Assembly (NCBI GenBank): GCA_016176335.1
Contig: JACOXI010000003.1
Span: 386,477 to 450,476 of the forward strand
From: Candidatus Daviesbacteria bacterium
GTDB lineage: Bacteria > Patescibacteriota > Microgenomatia > Daviesbacterales > UBA10151
Direction of reading: 5' to 3'
Length of the DNA stretch: 64,000 bases
Position numbers and translations under genes: made by a program. The notes beneath the pieces were generated by a model that was not told the origin of the DNA, did no database searches, and worked only from the letters and a program-made list of their open reading frames with translations. Position 1 is the stretch's first letter; every line of letters starts with the position of its first letter. This document shows, one piece after another, positions 20,817 through 30,606 of the stretch.

Positions 20817-22429
20817 TGACTAAGCAAGTAAAGATTTTTTTTCTTTTAATAATTCTTATATCGGCAATTTTGAGGTTTTATAAACTGGATGTTATTCCTC
20901 CTTCTTTGTCTTGGGATGAGGTTGCTAATGGTTATAATGCCTATACTATTGCCAATTGGGGCAAGGATGAATGGGGTAAAGTTTTTCCTTTAACTTTTAA
21001 ATCTTTTGAGGATGACAAACATCCGGTTCATATATATTTCACTGCTTTATCGGTTAAGCTATTGGGCTTATCAGATTTCAGCACCAGGTTTCCTGCAGCC
21101 TTATATGGAGTGTTAAATGTAGTAGTTATTTTTTACCTTGCCAAAACATTATTTGCCAGCAATTTAATGGGACTTCTTTCTGCATTATTTTTAGCGATCT
21201 CCCCTTACAATCTCCAGTTTTCCCGTTTTAATCATGAAGCTAATTTTGCCCTATTTTTCTTTTTGTTGGGTTTTTTGTTGTTTTTAAAAGGAATCCGGGA
21301 AAACAGAATATTTCTGCCTTGGGGATTTTTTAGCTTTGGAGTCAGTTTATTAAGCTATCATCCATCTAAAGTAGTTGTCCCTCCTCTAATTTTGCTGCTA
21401 ATAATATTTTTTTTCAAAGATTTACTTAAAATTAAAAAGTATTTCCTGATGGCTTTGTTGGCTTTATCTATTATTTTTATGCTGATGTTTTCGGATAAAG
21501 CTCTTTTAGGAGGAGCTAGAATCAAACAGACTTCTATAAATCGTGATAAAATTATCAAGACCTCCTTTTTTAAAAAAACGCACAATGAACTTCTGGGGAG
21601 AATGGAGGTTACGTTTAAACAATATTTATGGCATTTTGACCCAGGATATTTGTTTGTCACCGGCAGCTCAAATTCCAAATTCTCTATTCAAACCGTAGGT
21701 CAGTTTTATAAATCAGATGCACTTTTTCTGACAATTGGTTTGATCGGGCTAATTGCAGGTATCTTATTTGTGCCCAGTCTTAGAAAAAAATTATTGATAC
21801 TTTTAGTATGGGCAATATTATCTCCTTTACCCTCCAGTTTAGTGGAAGAAGCTCCTCATGCAGCCAGGGCCAGTTTTATGATGGGTAGTTGGCTGTTGAT
21901 TTCGGCCTATGGTTTTTATTTACTTATCATATTACTTCGAGGCAAACTGGCGAGAGCAACTATTCTGGTGTTAGGTTTGGCAGTGACTTTTTGGTTATTC
22001 AAAGACTATCTGATTGATTTTTACACAACTTACCCAAGGGAACATGGTATTGATTGGCAATATGGCATGAAGCAAATTGTTGAATACGTTAAGGAACATA
22101 ATGGATATTCCAGGGTATATGTGACGGATATTAGATTCCAGCCTTATATTTTCTTCCTGTATTATTTGAAAACACCTTTGCCGAAGTATTTGGAAACTGT
22201 TATCTTTACCCAAGATACAGAACATCGAAAATATAGCTTGGTTTCATCATTTGGTAAATATCATTTTGGCGATTGGGATCCTATTGAAAGCGAACTAACT
22301 ATGGGTGTTCTATATGCAGTTACTCCCAGTCAATATGATGGATTAAGGCACAGGGATGCATTTGATGTTAAAAAGATTATCTATTATCCTAATGGCACAA
22401 CAGCTTTTTATCTGGTAAGTAGCATATGA
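20813..22429 (+). CDS. ArnT/PMT_2-family GT-C glycosyltransferase, tandem paralog 3 of 3
   Basis: LSWDEVANGYNAYTIANWGKDEWG...RFPAALYG. ATGA overlap with paralog 2. Confidence 0.7.
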   Translation: MMTKQVKIFFLLIILISAILRFYKLDVIPPSLSWDEVANGYNAYTIANWGKDEWGKVFPLTFKSFEDDKHPVHIYFTALSVKLLGLSDFSTRFPAALYGVLNVVVIFYLAKTLFASNLMGLLSALFLAISPYNLQFSRFNHEANFALFFFLLGFLLFLKGIRENRIFLPWGFFSFGVSLLSYHPSKVVVPPLILLLIIFFFKDLLKIKKYFLMALLALSIIFMLMFSDKALLGGARIKQTSINRDKIIKTSFFKKTHNELLGRMEVTFKQYLWHFDPGYLFVTGSSNSKFSIQTVGQFYKSDALFLTIGLIGLIAGILFVPSLRKKLLILLVWAILSPLPSSLVEEAPHAARASFMMGSWLLISAYGFYLLIILLRGKLARATILVLGLAVTFWLFKDYLIDFYTTYPREHGIDWQYGMKQIVEYVKEHNGYSRVYVTDIRFQPYIFFLYYLKTPLPKYLETVIFTQDTEHRKYSLVSSFGKYHFGDWDPIESELTMGVLYAVTPSQYDGLRHRDAFDVKKIIYYPNGTTAFYLVSSI

Positions 22430-23193
22430 CAAAAATTTCAGTAGTTCTTGCAGTCCATAACGAAGAAGAAAATATCGGAAAATGTCTTGAGTCGGTTAAA
22501 GATTTATCATGGGAGACTATAATTGTAGATGGGGGATCTACGGATAAAACTTTAGATATTGCAAAAGAGTTTGGAGCCAGGATTATAGAAACAGAAAACT
22601 TTCAAAATTTCCATATAAATAAAAATAAGGCCATAGATGCAGCTAGAGGAGATTGGGTTTTACAACTGGATGCTGATGAGATTGTGACAAGGCAGTTAAA
22701 AGAGGAAATTCAAACAGTAGTTGAAGACCAAAAATATAATGGTTACTGGATTCCACGAAGAAACTTTTTTTTAACAAGATTTTTGACAAAGGGAGGACAA
22801 TATCCTGATTATACATTAAGACTTTACAAGAAAGGATTAGGCAGACTGCCAGGAAAAGATGTTCACGAACAGGCAATTGTAGAAGGCAGAGTAGGGTATT
22901 TGAAAAACGACCTGTTACATATGCGAGATAGAAACTTCTCGATTTATTTCAGCAGATTTAAAAGATATACGGATCTGTTGGCTTCTCAACTACACGAGAA
23001 AGGGCAAAGAGTTAATTTAATATCCTCAATAAACTATCTGTTTATCAAGCCTGTATGTTGGTTTATTAAATCCTATCTAAGGCACAGAGGGTATGTTGAT
23101 GGGTTTGCCGGATTTGTTTTTGCGCTTTTTTCTTCACTTCGATTCCCTGTTGCCTATTATAAATTATGGAGGCTTTATGCACGTAGCAATTAA
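22426..23193 (+). CDS. GT2-family glycosyltransferase
   Basis: ISVVLAVHNEEENIGKCLESVKDLSWETIIVDGGSTDKTLDIAKEFGARII, plus a DADE motif. ATGA overlap upstream. Confidence 0.75.
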   Translation: MTKISVVLAVHNEEENIGKCLESVKDLSWETIIVDGGSTDKTLDIAKEFGARIIETENFQNFHINKNKAIDAARGDWVLQLDADEIVTRQLKEEIQTVVEDQKYNGYWIPRRNFFLTRFLTKGGQYPDYTLRLYKKGLGRLPGKDVHEQAIVEGRVGYLKNDLLHMRDRNFSIYFSRFKRYTDLLASQLHEKGQRVNLISSINYLFIKPVCWFIKSYLRHRGYVDGFAGFVFALFSSLRFPVAYYKLWRLYARSN

Positions 23194-24250
23194 TGTAACG
23201 CCGTTAAAATCAGCTCATAAAAACAGAGGGATTGGTTATTATACTTACAATCTGGTCGAGAATCTGAAGAAAGATCAGAGCATTATAATTTCTACCTTTT
23301 CGGATACAGCTGAAGTTAAAGAGGCGGATATAATACATTATCCTTGGTTTGATTTTTTCTTTCATACTTTACCGCTTAGGAAAATTGCTCCAACAGTTGT
23401 GACAATCCATGATGTGATCCCGTTCATTTTTAAAGAACATTATCCTGTTGGAATTAAAGGCAGGATTAACTTTTTGCTTCAAAAAGTTGCCCTTAAAAAT
23501 TGCGGAGCCTTTATTACCGATTCCGATACGTCAAAACAGGATATTGTAAAACATCTAAAATTGGAAAGTAAAAAAGTTTTTTCAATACCTTTGGCAGCAG
23601 AAGACAGATTTAAACTGCTAAGCGACACAAAACTTTTATACGCAAAAAGGAAACTTAAATTACCAGACAGATATTTATTGTATGTAGGAGATGCTAATTG
23701 GGTTAAAAATATACCGTTTTTAATTAAAGCCTTCAAAAAACTTAAAAACATTTCATCTGACATGAATGACCTAAAGTTGGTCCTTGTTGGGGGGGTATTT
23801 CTCAAAAGAGTAAACAATATAAATCACCCGGAGCTGGAAAGTCTAAAATTAGCAAATAAGTTAATCGAAGGACAAGGATTAGAAGAAAGTATCGTAAGAG
23901 TCGGAAATTTGGAGCAAGATGAGCTTGTGGCCTGTTATAATTTGGCAACTGTCTACGTCCAACCATCATTTTATGAAGGATTTGGTCTGCCAGTTCTCGA
24001 GGCTTTTGCTTGTGGCGTACCTGTTGTCTGTTCGAATGGTGGAAGCTTACCGGAAGTTGGAGGAGATGCCGCACTTTTTTTTGATCCGCATAATTTGGAT
24101 CAATGTATAAATCTTTTGAGGGAGGTTTTGCAAAATATGTCACTTCGGGAAAAATTAATAAAATTGGGATTAAAGCAGGCAGAAAAATTTTCATGGCAAA
24201 AAGTTTTGGATGATACTAAAGCTGTCTATATGAAAACCTTAATGAGATGA
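23177..24250 (+). CDS. GT4-family glycosyltransferase
   Basis: FYEGFGLPVLEAFACGVPVVCSNGGSLPEVGGDAALFFDP. The preferred start is the ATG at 23177, preceded by GGAGG; the track ORF starts at 23093 inside the previous gene. Contains a G7 tract at 23789-23795. Confidence 0.75.
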   Translation: MHVAINVTPLKSAHKNRGIGYYTYNLVENLKKDQSIIISTFSDTAEVKEADIIHYPWFDFFFHTLPLRKIAPTVVTIHDVIPFIFKEHYPVGIKGRINFLLQKVALKNCGAFITDSDTSKQDIVKHLKLESKKVFSIPLAAEDRFKLLSDTKLLYAKRKLKLPDRYLLYVGDANWVKNIPFLIKAFKKLKNISSDMNDLKLVLVGGVFLKRVNNINHPELESLKLANKLIEGQGLEESIVRVGNLEQDELVACYNLATVYVQPSFYEGFGLPVLEAFACGVPVVCSNGGSLPEVGGDAALFFDPHNLDQCINLLREVLQNMSLREKLIKLGLKQAEKFSWQKVLDDTKAVYMKTLMR

Positions 24251-25524
24251 AAAGTATTAAGGATGCAATAAGACGCCCCTTTTTTTATGGCAGTGCCACA
24301 ATGATTATTGGCAGCAATGCTTCTAATTTTCTCAACTATATTTACCATCTGATTATGGGAAGATTACTTGGGCCGGCAAGTTATGGAGAACTCGCTACCC
24401 TACTTTCCTTAAGTGGGCTGTTGGTTATTATTCCGGCTTCGTTTAGTTTAGTTATTACAAAATACATATCTTCCGCTCATACAAATAAGGATGTAGAGAG
24501 TATCATCAAATGGTTTGACAAAAAAGTTTTTCTGGCAGGAGGAATTACATTCTTACTGATCTTTTTAACTTCACGGTATATTTCATCCTTTTTGAGTATC
24601 GGAGACCACCTATTAATTACTATTATTGGAGCTGGGTTTGTCTTTACCCTGCCCTTAATATTGAATAGATCAGTTTTACAAGGATTATTGAGATTTAAAC
24701 AGATGGTGATCATCATTTTAGTGGAGAGTGGTCTAAAACTATTGCTTGGAGCAGTGCTTGTTTATATTGGATTTTCGGTGGGAGGAGCTTTAGTTGGTCT
24801 TATAATTGCGGGATTTGTAGGGTGGCTTTTGTCCAGATGGTTTATTTCAGACTACATAAGAGGTGGAGAAGCGAAATCCCCGATTCTTAAACCTTTTGTA
24901 ATGTATTCTATTTCAGTTTTAATTTACTCTATAGCTATGACCTCTTTATATTCGACGGACTTAATTTTAGCTAAACATTTTCTATCTTCACACGATGCAG
25001 GTATTTATGCGGCGTTATCAACCTTGGGTAAGATTATCTTTTTTGGGGCAGGACCAATTGGCGCAGTCATGTTTCCGTTAGTAGCACAAAAGCAAAAAAA
25101 AGGAGAAAATTACACAACGGTTTTTAAGTACAGTTTTATTTTGACCAGTATTTTTGCTTTGACAATCCTCGCAGTCTATTGGCTACAACCTGCAATCGCT
25201 ATCCAGATTTTATATGGTTCGCGCTATCTTGAGGGAGTCAATCTTTTAATCTGGTTTGGAGTATTTATGATGTTTTTTACCCTTTCTTCACTATTTATTA
25301 CTTATAATCTTTCCCTGGGAAGGGTCAAGGTAGTGATACTTCCATCCTTGGCAGCAGTTGCCCAAATTGGGGGGATCTGGGTTTATCATGCGGACACAAT
25401 GACTATTGTTTCAATTTCGATTTTAGTGACTGCTTTACTGCTTGCAACACTCCTTATATACTCTAGCTATGGAAAAGTCTCTTATAAAAATAAGGTTAGT
25501 TTCAGTAATCGTCCCGGCATTTAA
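24247..25524 (+). CDS. Wzx/PST-family flippase-like polysaccharide biosynthesis membrane protein
   Basis: 425 aa with about 12 TM. The N-terminus FFYGSATMIIGSNASNFLNYIYHLIMGRLLGPASYGELATL is typical of the MOP flippase family. Confidence 0.65.
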   Translation: MKSIKDAIRRPFFYGSATMIIGSNASNFLNYIYHLIMGRLLGPASYGELATLLSLSGLLVIIPASFSLVITKYISSAHTNKDVESIIKWFDKKVFLAGGITFLLIFLTSRYISSFLSIGDHLLITIIGAGFVFTLPLILNRSVLQGLLRFKQMVIIILVESGLKLLLGAVLVYIGFSVGGALVGLIIAGFVGWLLSRWFISDYIRGGEAKSPILKPFVMYSISVLIYSIAMTSLYSTDLILAKHFLSSHDAGIYAALSTLGKIIFFGAGPIGAVMFPLVAQKQKKGENYTTVFKYSFILTSIFALTILAVYWLQPAIAIQILYGSRYLEGVNLLIWFGVFMMFFTLSSLFITYNLSLGRVKVVILPSLAAVAQIGGIWVYHADTMTIVSISILVTALLLATLLIYSSYGKVSYKNKVSFSNRPGI

Positions 25525-26290
25525 GCAGGAACAAACTATTGTCAGGGATTTAAAAAGAATTGGAGAGGTTTTAGGTAAACTCCGTTATCCGACAGAGTTA
25601 ATTTGTGTGGTAGACGGAAAAGTTGATGGGACCTTAAATAAGACCAAAATGTTCGCAAAGAAAAATCCCCATATAAAGGTAATTGGGTACGACACCAACA
25701 AAGGTAAGGGTTATGCAGTACGCTTTGGTATGGCAGAAAGCAAGGGAGATATTGTAGGCTTTATAGATTCTGGAATGGATATTAACCCGAATGGTTTGGC
25801 AATGCTTCTGGAGCATTTTGAGTGGTATGATGCTGATATAATAATTGGTTCTAAAAGACACCCGGTTTCCAAGGTTGATTATCCTTGGCAACGAAAAATT
25901 CTCTCCATGGGTTATCAATTACTGGTTTTTATACTTTTTGGATTAAAAGTTAGGGATACACAAGTTGGAATAAAATTTTTCAAGCGGGAGGTTTTGGAAA
26001 AAGTATTACCGAGACTTTTAGTAAAAGAGTATGCTTTTGATGTAGAGATACTGTCGGTTGCTGACTATTTAGGCTATAAGAGGATCTATGAGGCTCCCAT
26101 AGACATTAAACTCGGTTTTGGAGGAACCTCAACTGTCACAAGCAAAGCATTCCTGAAAGTAGTGTTTGCTATACTAAAAGATACACTGGCAGTTTTTTAC
26201 AGACTTAAATTACTCGAGTATTACTCGAGTAAAAATAAAAGAAAATGGAGGTTTGATCCTGAACTTAATTTCAGAGTTAATGTCGGATGA
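25469..26290 (+). CDS. Dpm1/GtrB-like GT2 polyprenol-phosphate sugar synthase
   Basis: VSVIVPAFKQEQTI...DTQVGIKFFKREVLE...FDVEIL resembles dolichyl-/undecaprenyl-phosphate glycosyltransferases. The alternative start at 25442 overlaps the flippase more deeply. Confidence 0.7.
   Translation: MEKSLIKIRLVSVIVPAFKQEQTIVRDLKRIGEVLGKLRYPTELICVVDGKVDGTLNKTKMFAKKNPHIKVIGYDTNKGKGYAVRFGMAESKGDIVGFIDSGMDINPNGLAMLLEHFEWYDADIIIGSKRHPVSKVDYPWQRKILSMGYQLLVFILFGLKVRDTQVGIKFFKREVLEKVLPRLLVKEYAFDVEILSVADYLGYKRIYEAPIDIKLGFGGTSTVTSKAFLKVVFAILKDTLAVFYRLKLLEYYSSKNKRKWRFDPELNFRVNVG
26209..26230. repeat. Perfect 11-bp tandem duplication (ATTACTCGAGT x2) inside the 3' end of the Dpm1-like GT2 gene
   Basis: Read directly from the sequence. 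It encodes LLEYYSS and creates two CTCGAG palindromes. Confidence 0.6.
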
Positions 26291-27420
26291 AGATTTTAAT
26301 CTTATCTTGGAGAGGGCCAAAGCATCCCAATGCTGGAGGAGCAGAGGTTTCAACGTTTGAACATGCAAAAAGTTGGGTAAAGGCTGGTTATGATGTCACC
26401 TTGTTTACTTCCGCTTTTGCAGGTTGTAAAGAGCAAGAGGTGATAGATGGAATAAAGATAAAAAGATGTGGTAGACAGATATTTGGAGTTCAATGGGAAG
26501 CTTTTAAATGGTACTTATTTGGCGAGCACCCCAAATTTGATTTAGTAATTGATCAATTTCATGGCATTCCCTTTTTTACTCCAATATATATTAAAGAAAA
26601 AAAATTGGCATTTATTCATGAGGTTACCAAAGAAGTTTGGAGACTAAATCCTTGGTCTTGGCCCTTTAATAGGATAGCTGCTTTTATTGGTGAGATATGC
26701 GAACCTTTGGTGTTTAAATTGTTATATAAAGAGATGCCTTTTATGACAGTGTCGCAGTCAACGAAGCAAGACTTAGTTGATTGGGGAATTCCCAAAAGCA
26801 ATATTACAGTTATACATAATGGTATAAATATCCCAAGAACAAAAAAGTTTCCACCAAAAGAGAAAAAGAAAACAGCCATTTTTCTTGGTTCTATAAGTAA
26901 AGATAAAGGAATTGAAGATGCAATTTATATCTTCAAAGAAATAGACAATATTGAGAAGGGTTGGCAGTTTTGGGTGGTAGGAAAATCGGATATGAGATAT
27001 TTGAATACCATTCAAAGATTAGCAAAAAATTTAGGAATTTTTCATAAGATTATTTTTTGGGGGTATGTAACGGAGAGTAAAAAATTTGAACTTTTATCGA
27101 AAGCTCATATTTTAGTTAACCCATCAATTAGAGAGGGATGGGGATTGGTAGTGATTGAGGCAGGAGGTGTAGGTACGCCGACAGCAGGCTATAATGTTGC
27201 CGGGTTAAGAAATTCCGTTATAAATGGCAAGACAGGACTTCTTTCCCACCCACATAATATCACAGCTTTAGCAATTAAAATTGTTAAATTAATGAATAAC
27301 AAATTGCGCTTAAGAAAGATGAGTCTTGATGCTTATTTTTGGAGCAAAAAATTTAGATGGGAAAATGCTTGTTGGGAAAGTCTAAAATTGGTTGAAAGCG
27401 TAGTCAGCGAAAAATATTGA
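26287..27420 (+). CDS. GT4-family glycosyltransferase
   Basis: REGWGLVVIEAGGVGTPTAGYNVAGLRNSVINGKTGLL. ATGA overlap upstream. This is the last gene of the long + strand run. Confidence 0.75.
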   Translation: MKILILSWRGPKHPNAGGAEVSTFEHAKSWVKAGYDVTLFTSAFAGCKEQEVIDGIKIKRCGRQIFGVQWEAFKWYLFGEHPKFDLVIDQFHGIPFFTPIYIKEKKLAFIHEVTKEVWRLNPWSWPFNRIAAFIGEICEPLVFKLLYKEMPFMTVSQSTKQDLVDWGIPKSNITVIHNGINIPRTKKFPPKEKKKTAIFLGSISKDKGIEDAIYIFKEIDNIEKGWQFWVVGKSDMRYLNTIQRLAKNLGIFHKIIFWGYVTESKKFELLSKAHILVNPSIREGWGLVVIEAGGVGTPTAGYNVAGLRNSVINGKTGLLSHPHNITALAIKIVKLMNNKLRLRKMSLDAYFWSKKFRWENACWESLKLVESVVSEKY

Positions 27421-27421
27421 T

Positions 27422-28420
27422 TCAAACTTTCCAATTCTTAGGCAAGAGAGGACTATCAATTTCTACAGTATCAAAACAAGATTTTTGGGGTCCTTGCCTT
27501 TTTGCATACTCCCAAGTGGATATGATACCTTTTAATAATGGAGTTTTATCTTGATAATGTAAATACTTAATTGCTTGGGTATGATCTGAAATAGCTATTT
27601 TAACTTCTTGTGGTCTATTGTCAAGATAGATTGGAGGAATATTTATACCCGAGACTTTTTGAATGATTTCTGATAACTGATTAAGAGAATAATCTTTTTC
27701 GGCTCCAATATTAAAAACCATGCCGTGGAAATTTCCGAAGCCACATTTAAATATCGCGTCGACTACATCGTCAATATAGGAAAAACATCTACGTTGATTA
27801 CCGTCACCGTAAATATAATAAGGCTGATTTTTTAAAAGGGCATTCATGAAAATAGTAATGACATTCCTATATGGATCTGTCATATTTTGTCTTGGCCCAT
27901 AGACATTGTGAGGTCTGGTAATAACGTATTCGAACTTATGAACTTTACTTAAGACTTCTAGTGTTTTTTCTATTGCTAATTTACTTATTCCATACAAATC
28001 TTCCGGTTCAGGCTTGTAAGTTTCTTTGAAGGGGGTTTGTAAAGCCCCGTATACTGCGATAGAAGAAGTGAAGACCAATCTTTTCATACCATTTCTTAAT
28101 GCAGGTACTAATGTATTAATAAATGCATTCCAGTTTCGGGAAGTAACATCTATAGGGGAAAACTGGGCTTTATTCTCCGCTGCGTTAGCAGCTAAATGAT
28201 AAACAATCTCAGGTTTTATTTTTTTGATGATTTTGTCGGCAGAATTTTTATTTCTTAGATCAACTTTATAAAACTCACTTTTGGGATTAATATTTCTTAG
28301 AAAACCTCCTGACAGATCATCAATTATTCTAACTTTATGGCCAGCTGTTACTAACCGATCAACCACATGTGACCCGATAAATCCTGCACCTCCTGTGACT
28401 AAAATGCTTTTTGATTTCAT
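27422..28420 (-). CDS. NAD-dependent sugar epimerase/dehydratase (extended SDR, UDP-sugar 4-epimerase-like)
   Basis: [18 protein letters not shown] Rossmann motif and YGISK catalytic YxxxK. The likely start is the internal Met ([13 protein letters not shown]); the track ORF extends to 28456. It is convergent with the GT4, with only 1 nt between the two stops. Confidence 0.7.
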   Translation of the reverse strand: MKSKSILVTGGAGFIGSHVVDRLVTAGHKVRIIDDLSGGFLRNINPKSEFYKVDLRNKNSADKIIKKIKPEIVYHLAANAAENKAQFSPIDVTSRNWNAFINTLVPALRNGMKRLVFTSSIAVYGALQTPFKETYKPEPEDLYGISKLAIEKTLEVLSKVHKFEYVITRPHNVYGPRQNMTDPYRNVITIFMNALLKNQPYYIYGDGNQRRCFSYIDDVVDAIFKCGFGNFHGMVFNIGAEKDYSLNQLSEIIQKVSGINIPPIYLDNRPQEVKIAISDHTQAIKYLHYQDKTPLLKGIISTWEYAKRQGPQKSCFDTVEIDSPLLPKNWKV

Positions 28421-28452
28421 ACCGCAAATATTAATTGCTTTTATGCTAAATA

Positions 28453-29166
28453 TCAACCAAAATATTTAGGTAAGCTGGAAAAATAGACTTTGGTAATTGT
28501 TTTGAAAACATTGAGACCATCTTTGAGGGCTTTGATTCCAGAGATACCTCCGACTCTTTTTGTGTATGTAATGGGAATTTGTACCAAGTTCATTCCCATC
28601 TTTGCTGCTTTTACCACCACCTCAGCTTCATATTCAAAATGCCTTTCCTTTAAATCCAAAGCTAGGAATGCATTTTTTCTAAATCCTTTAAATCCCGCCA
28701 TAACATCGGTAATTTTTCTACCGCAGGCAATTGATGTTGCAAGGGAAATTATCCAGTTGCCCAAAAGGTTTCTAAAGGTTATTGAGCCTTGTTCAACTTT
28801 TCCTCCATTAAACCGTGTACCTATAACAATATCAGCTCCCATCTCCAGTGCCTTAACAAATAAGGGTATCTCATATGGTTGAAATTGGTGATCGGTATCA
28901 ATTTGAATAATATAATTACCTTTGGCTGCTAAACCTCCTGCCCAAAAATCTGCACCTTTTCCTCGTTTAAAGGGAAATCTAATAATTCTATCAATCCTTA
29001 ATCTTTTGGCAATTGTAACTGTTTTATCCTTTGAGGCTGCATCTACTAAAATGATTTCTATGGGGAAAAATTTCTTTAAAATCTTGCAATCTTTTATAGT
29101 TCTGCCAATATTTTTCTCTTCATTGTAAGAAGTAAGAACTATGCTTACTAATTTTGGGGTGTTCAT
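28453..29166 (-). CDS. Dpm1-like GT2 polyprenol-phosphate glycosyltransferase
   Basis: VSIVLTSYNEEKNIGRTIKD...IIQIDTDHQ...DVMAGFKGFRKNAF matches the dolichol-phosphate mannose/glucose synthase family. Confidence 0.7.
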   Translation of the reverse strand: MNTPKLVSIVLTSYNEEKNIGRTIKDCKILKKFFPIEIILVDAASKDKTVTIAKRLRIDRIIRFPFKRGKGADFWAGGLAAKGNYIIQIDTDHQFQPYEIPLFVKALEMGADIVIGTRFNGGKVEQGSITFRNLLGNWIISLATSIACGRKITDVMAGFKGFRKNAFLALDLKERHFEYEAEVVVKAAKMGMNLVQIPITYTKRVGGISGIKALKDGLNVFKTITKVYFSSLPKYFG

Positions 29167-29262
29167 GTTAATTTACATTAGATTCAGGCTAGGGTATCCA
29201 ATATAAAATTGATTGTCAACTATTGCAAGGACTTCTTGATTTATAGTAGGATCGAGGTGTTA
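29167..29262. promoter_or_regulatory. Divergent intergenic region between the Dpm1-like GT2 (-) and the sugar dehydrogenase (+); probable bidirectional promoter region
   Basis: A 96-bp AT-rich gap at an operon polarity switch. TTGCAA/TATAGT-like hexamers are present but the spacing is not canonical. Confidence 0.25.
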
Positions 29263-30606
29263 ATGAGAGATAAACGCATCGCCATTTTTGGTATCGGGAG
29301 GATTGGGTTACCTCTCGCCTTAATACTAGCTGATAAAGGATTTCAAGTCACAGGGGTAGATGTGGATCCCTATAGAATTTCCTTACTGCGGCATAAGATA
29401 ATGCCGTTTACGGAAGAGGGAGCACAATCCCTCTTGGATAAACATAGTGGTAAAAAATTTCAGGTTTTTTCTCAGGAGCATGTTGATAGGATAGTAGTAG
29501 AAAATGAGATAATTATTTTTACTCTAGGTACTCCTATTGATGAAACATATAGCCCTAATTTTTCCGACATAGAAAAACTGATTAGAAAAATAGCACCAGT
29601 CATGAAACCCGGACATTTGATTATCTTAAGAAGTACAGTTTTCCCGGGAGCAACTGAACAGTTGGCAAGGCAGCTTGAAGAGCAAACGAAACTATCAATA
29701 GGAGATAATCTTTTTTTGGCATATTGCCCCGAAAGGATAGCAGAAGGGAAATCTATAGAGGAACTAACTCAAATTCCACAAATAATTGGTACCATAGACG
29801 AAATAAGCGCAGAAAAGGCAGCTAAAGTTTTTGAAAAAATTGCTCCGAAACTTTTATTTACAAATCCCAAATCAGCAGAACTGGCAAAGTTATTTTGTAA
29901 TATGTATAGGTATATTGATTTTGCGATTGGAAATGAATTTATGATGATAGCTGAAAGCTATGGGTGTAATATTTATGAGGTGTTGCATCTTGTGAATGAT
30001 AACTATAAAAGAGGTAATTTAAAATCCCCAGGTTTTACTGCCGGACCCTGTTTAGTTAAGGATGGATTTTTCCTGATAGATAAAAGCCCGTATATGGAAC
30101 TTGTGACAGCTGCCTGGAGATTAAATGAGAATGTTCCTGGTTATCTTTTATCAAGAGTGAAAGCAGAAATAAAGGATTTGCATAGAAAAAAGGTAGCAAT
30201 TTTAGGCTTGTCTTTTAAGAAGAATATAGACGACACAAGACACTCTCTTTCTCCAAAGTTGGAGCGTTACTTTTTGGCAGAAGGTGCCAAAGTGTCCCTA
30301 TACGATCCTTTTATTGACTCTCAACCTCTGGAAGATGTAATTAAAGATGCTGATATTTTAATTTTGGCGATTAACCACGATGTTTTTAAGAGTTTAAACT
30401 TTCAATATTTAGGCAATTTAGTATCTGAAGGCTGTTTAATATTTGATATCTGGAACATGTTTGGTACCGGAAAAATCCTCTTTTATCTAAAAGATGTCAT
30501 AGATAGTAATAAGTCTGTGACCACTGGCAATGGAGAAATAAAAAAATCTAATAGAAAGCACACAAGGCGTACACTCCAGCGTAGAGTATCTCTTTCCACT
30601 ACATGA
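29263..30606 (+). CDS. Nucleotide-sugar 6-dehydrogenase (UDP-glucose/GDP-mannose/UDP-ManNAc dehydrogenase family)
   Basis: RIAIFGIGRIGLPLALILADKGFQVTGVDVD (N-terminal NAD-binding) and catalytic FTAGPCLVKD (GGxCxxKD-like). The preferred start is the ATG at 29263, after GAGGTG; the track start at 29209 is a TTG. Confidence 0.7.
   Translation: MRDKRIAIFGIGRIGLPLALILADKGFQVTGVDVDPYRISLLRHKIMPFTEEGAQSLLDKHSGKKFQVFSQEHVDRIVVENEIIIFTLGTPIDETYSPNFSDIEKLIRKIAPVMKPGHLIILRSTVFPGATEQLARQLEEQTKLSIGDNLFLAYCPERIAEGKSIEELTQIPQIIGTIDEISAEKAAKVFEKIAPKLLFTNPKSAELAKLFCNMYRYIDFAIGNEFMMIAESYGCNIYEVLHLVNDNYKRGNLKSPGFTAGPCLVKDGFFLIDKSPYMELVTAAWRLNENVPGYLLSRVKAEIKDLHRKKVAILGLSFKKNIDDTRHSLSPKLERYFLAEGAKVSLYDPFIDSQPLEDVIKDADILILAINHDVFKSLNFQYLGNLVSEGCLIFDIWNMFGTGKILFYLKDVIDSNKSVTTGNGEIKKSNRKHTRRTLQRRVSLSTT

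Noticed and set aside
29209-29262. Using the ORF-track starts at 29209, 46711, 55184 and 62226, which are TTG codons.
   Set aside because: For the first three, in-frame ATG codons a short distance downstream align with the conserved N-terminal motifs and do not intrude into neighbouring genes, so the ATG starts are preferred. The 62226 case is left open because an SD-like AAGGA precedes the TTG.
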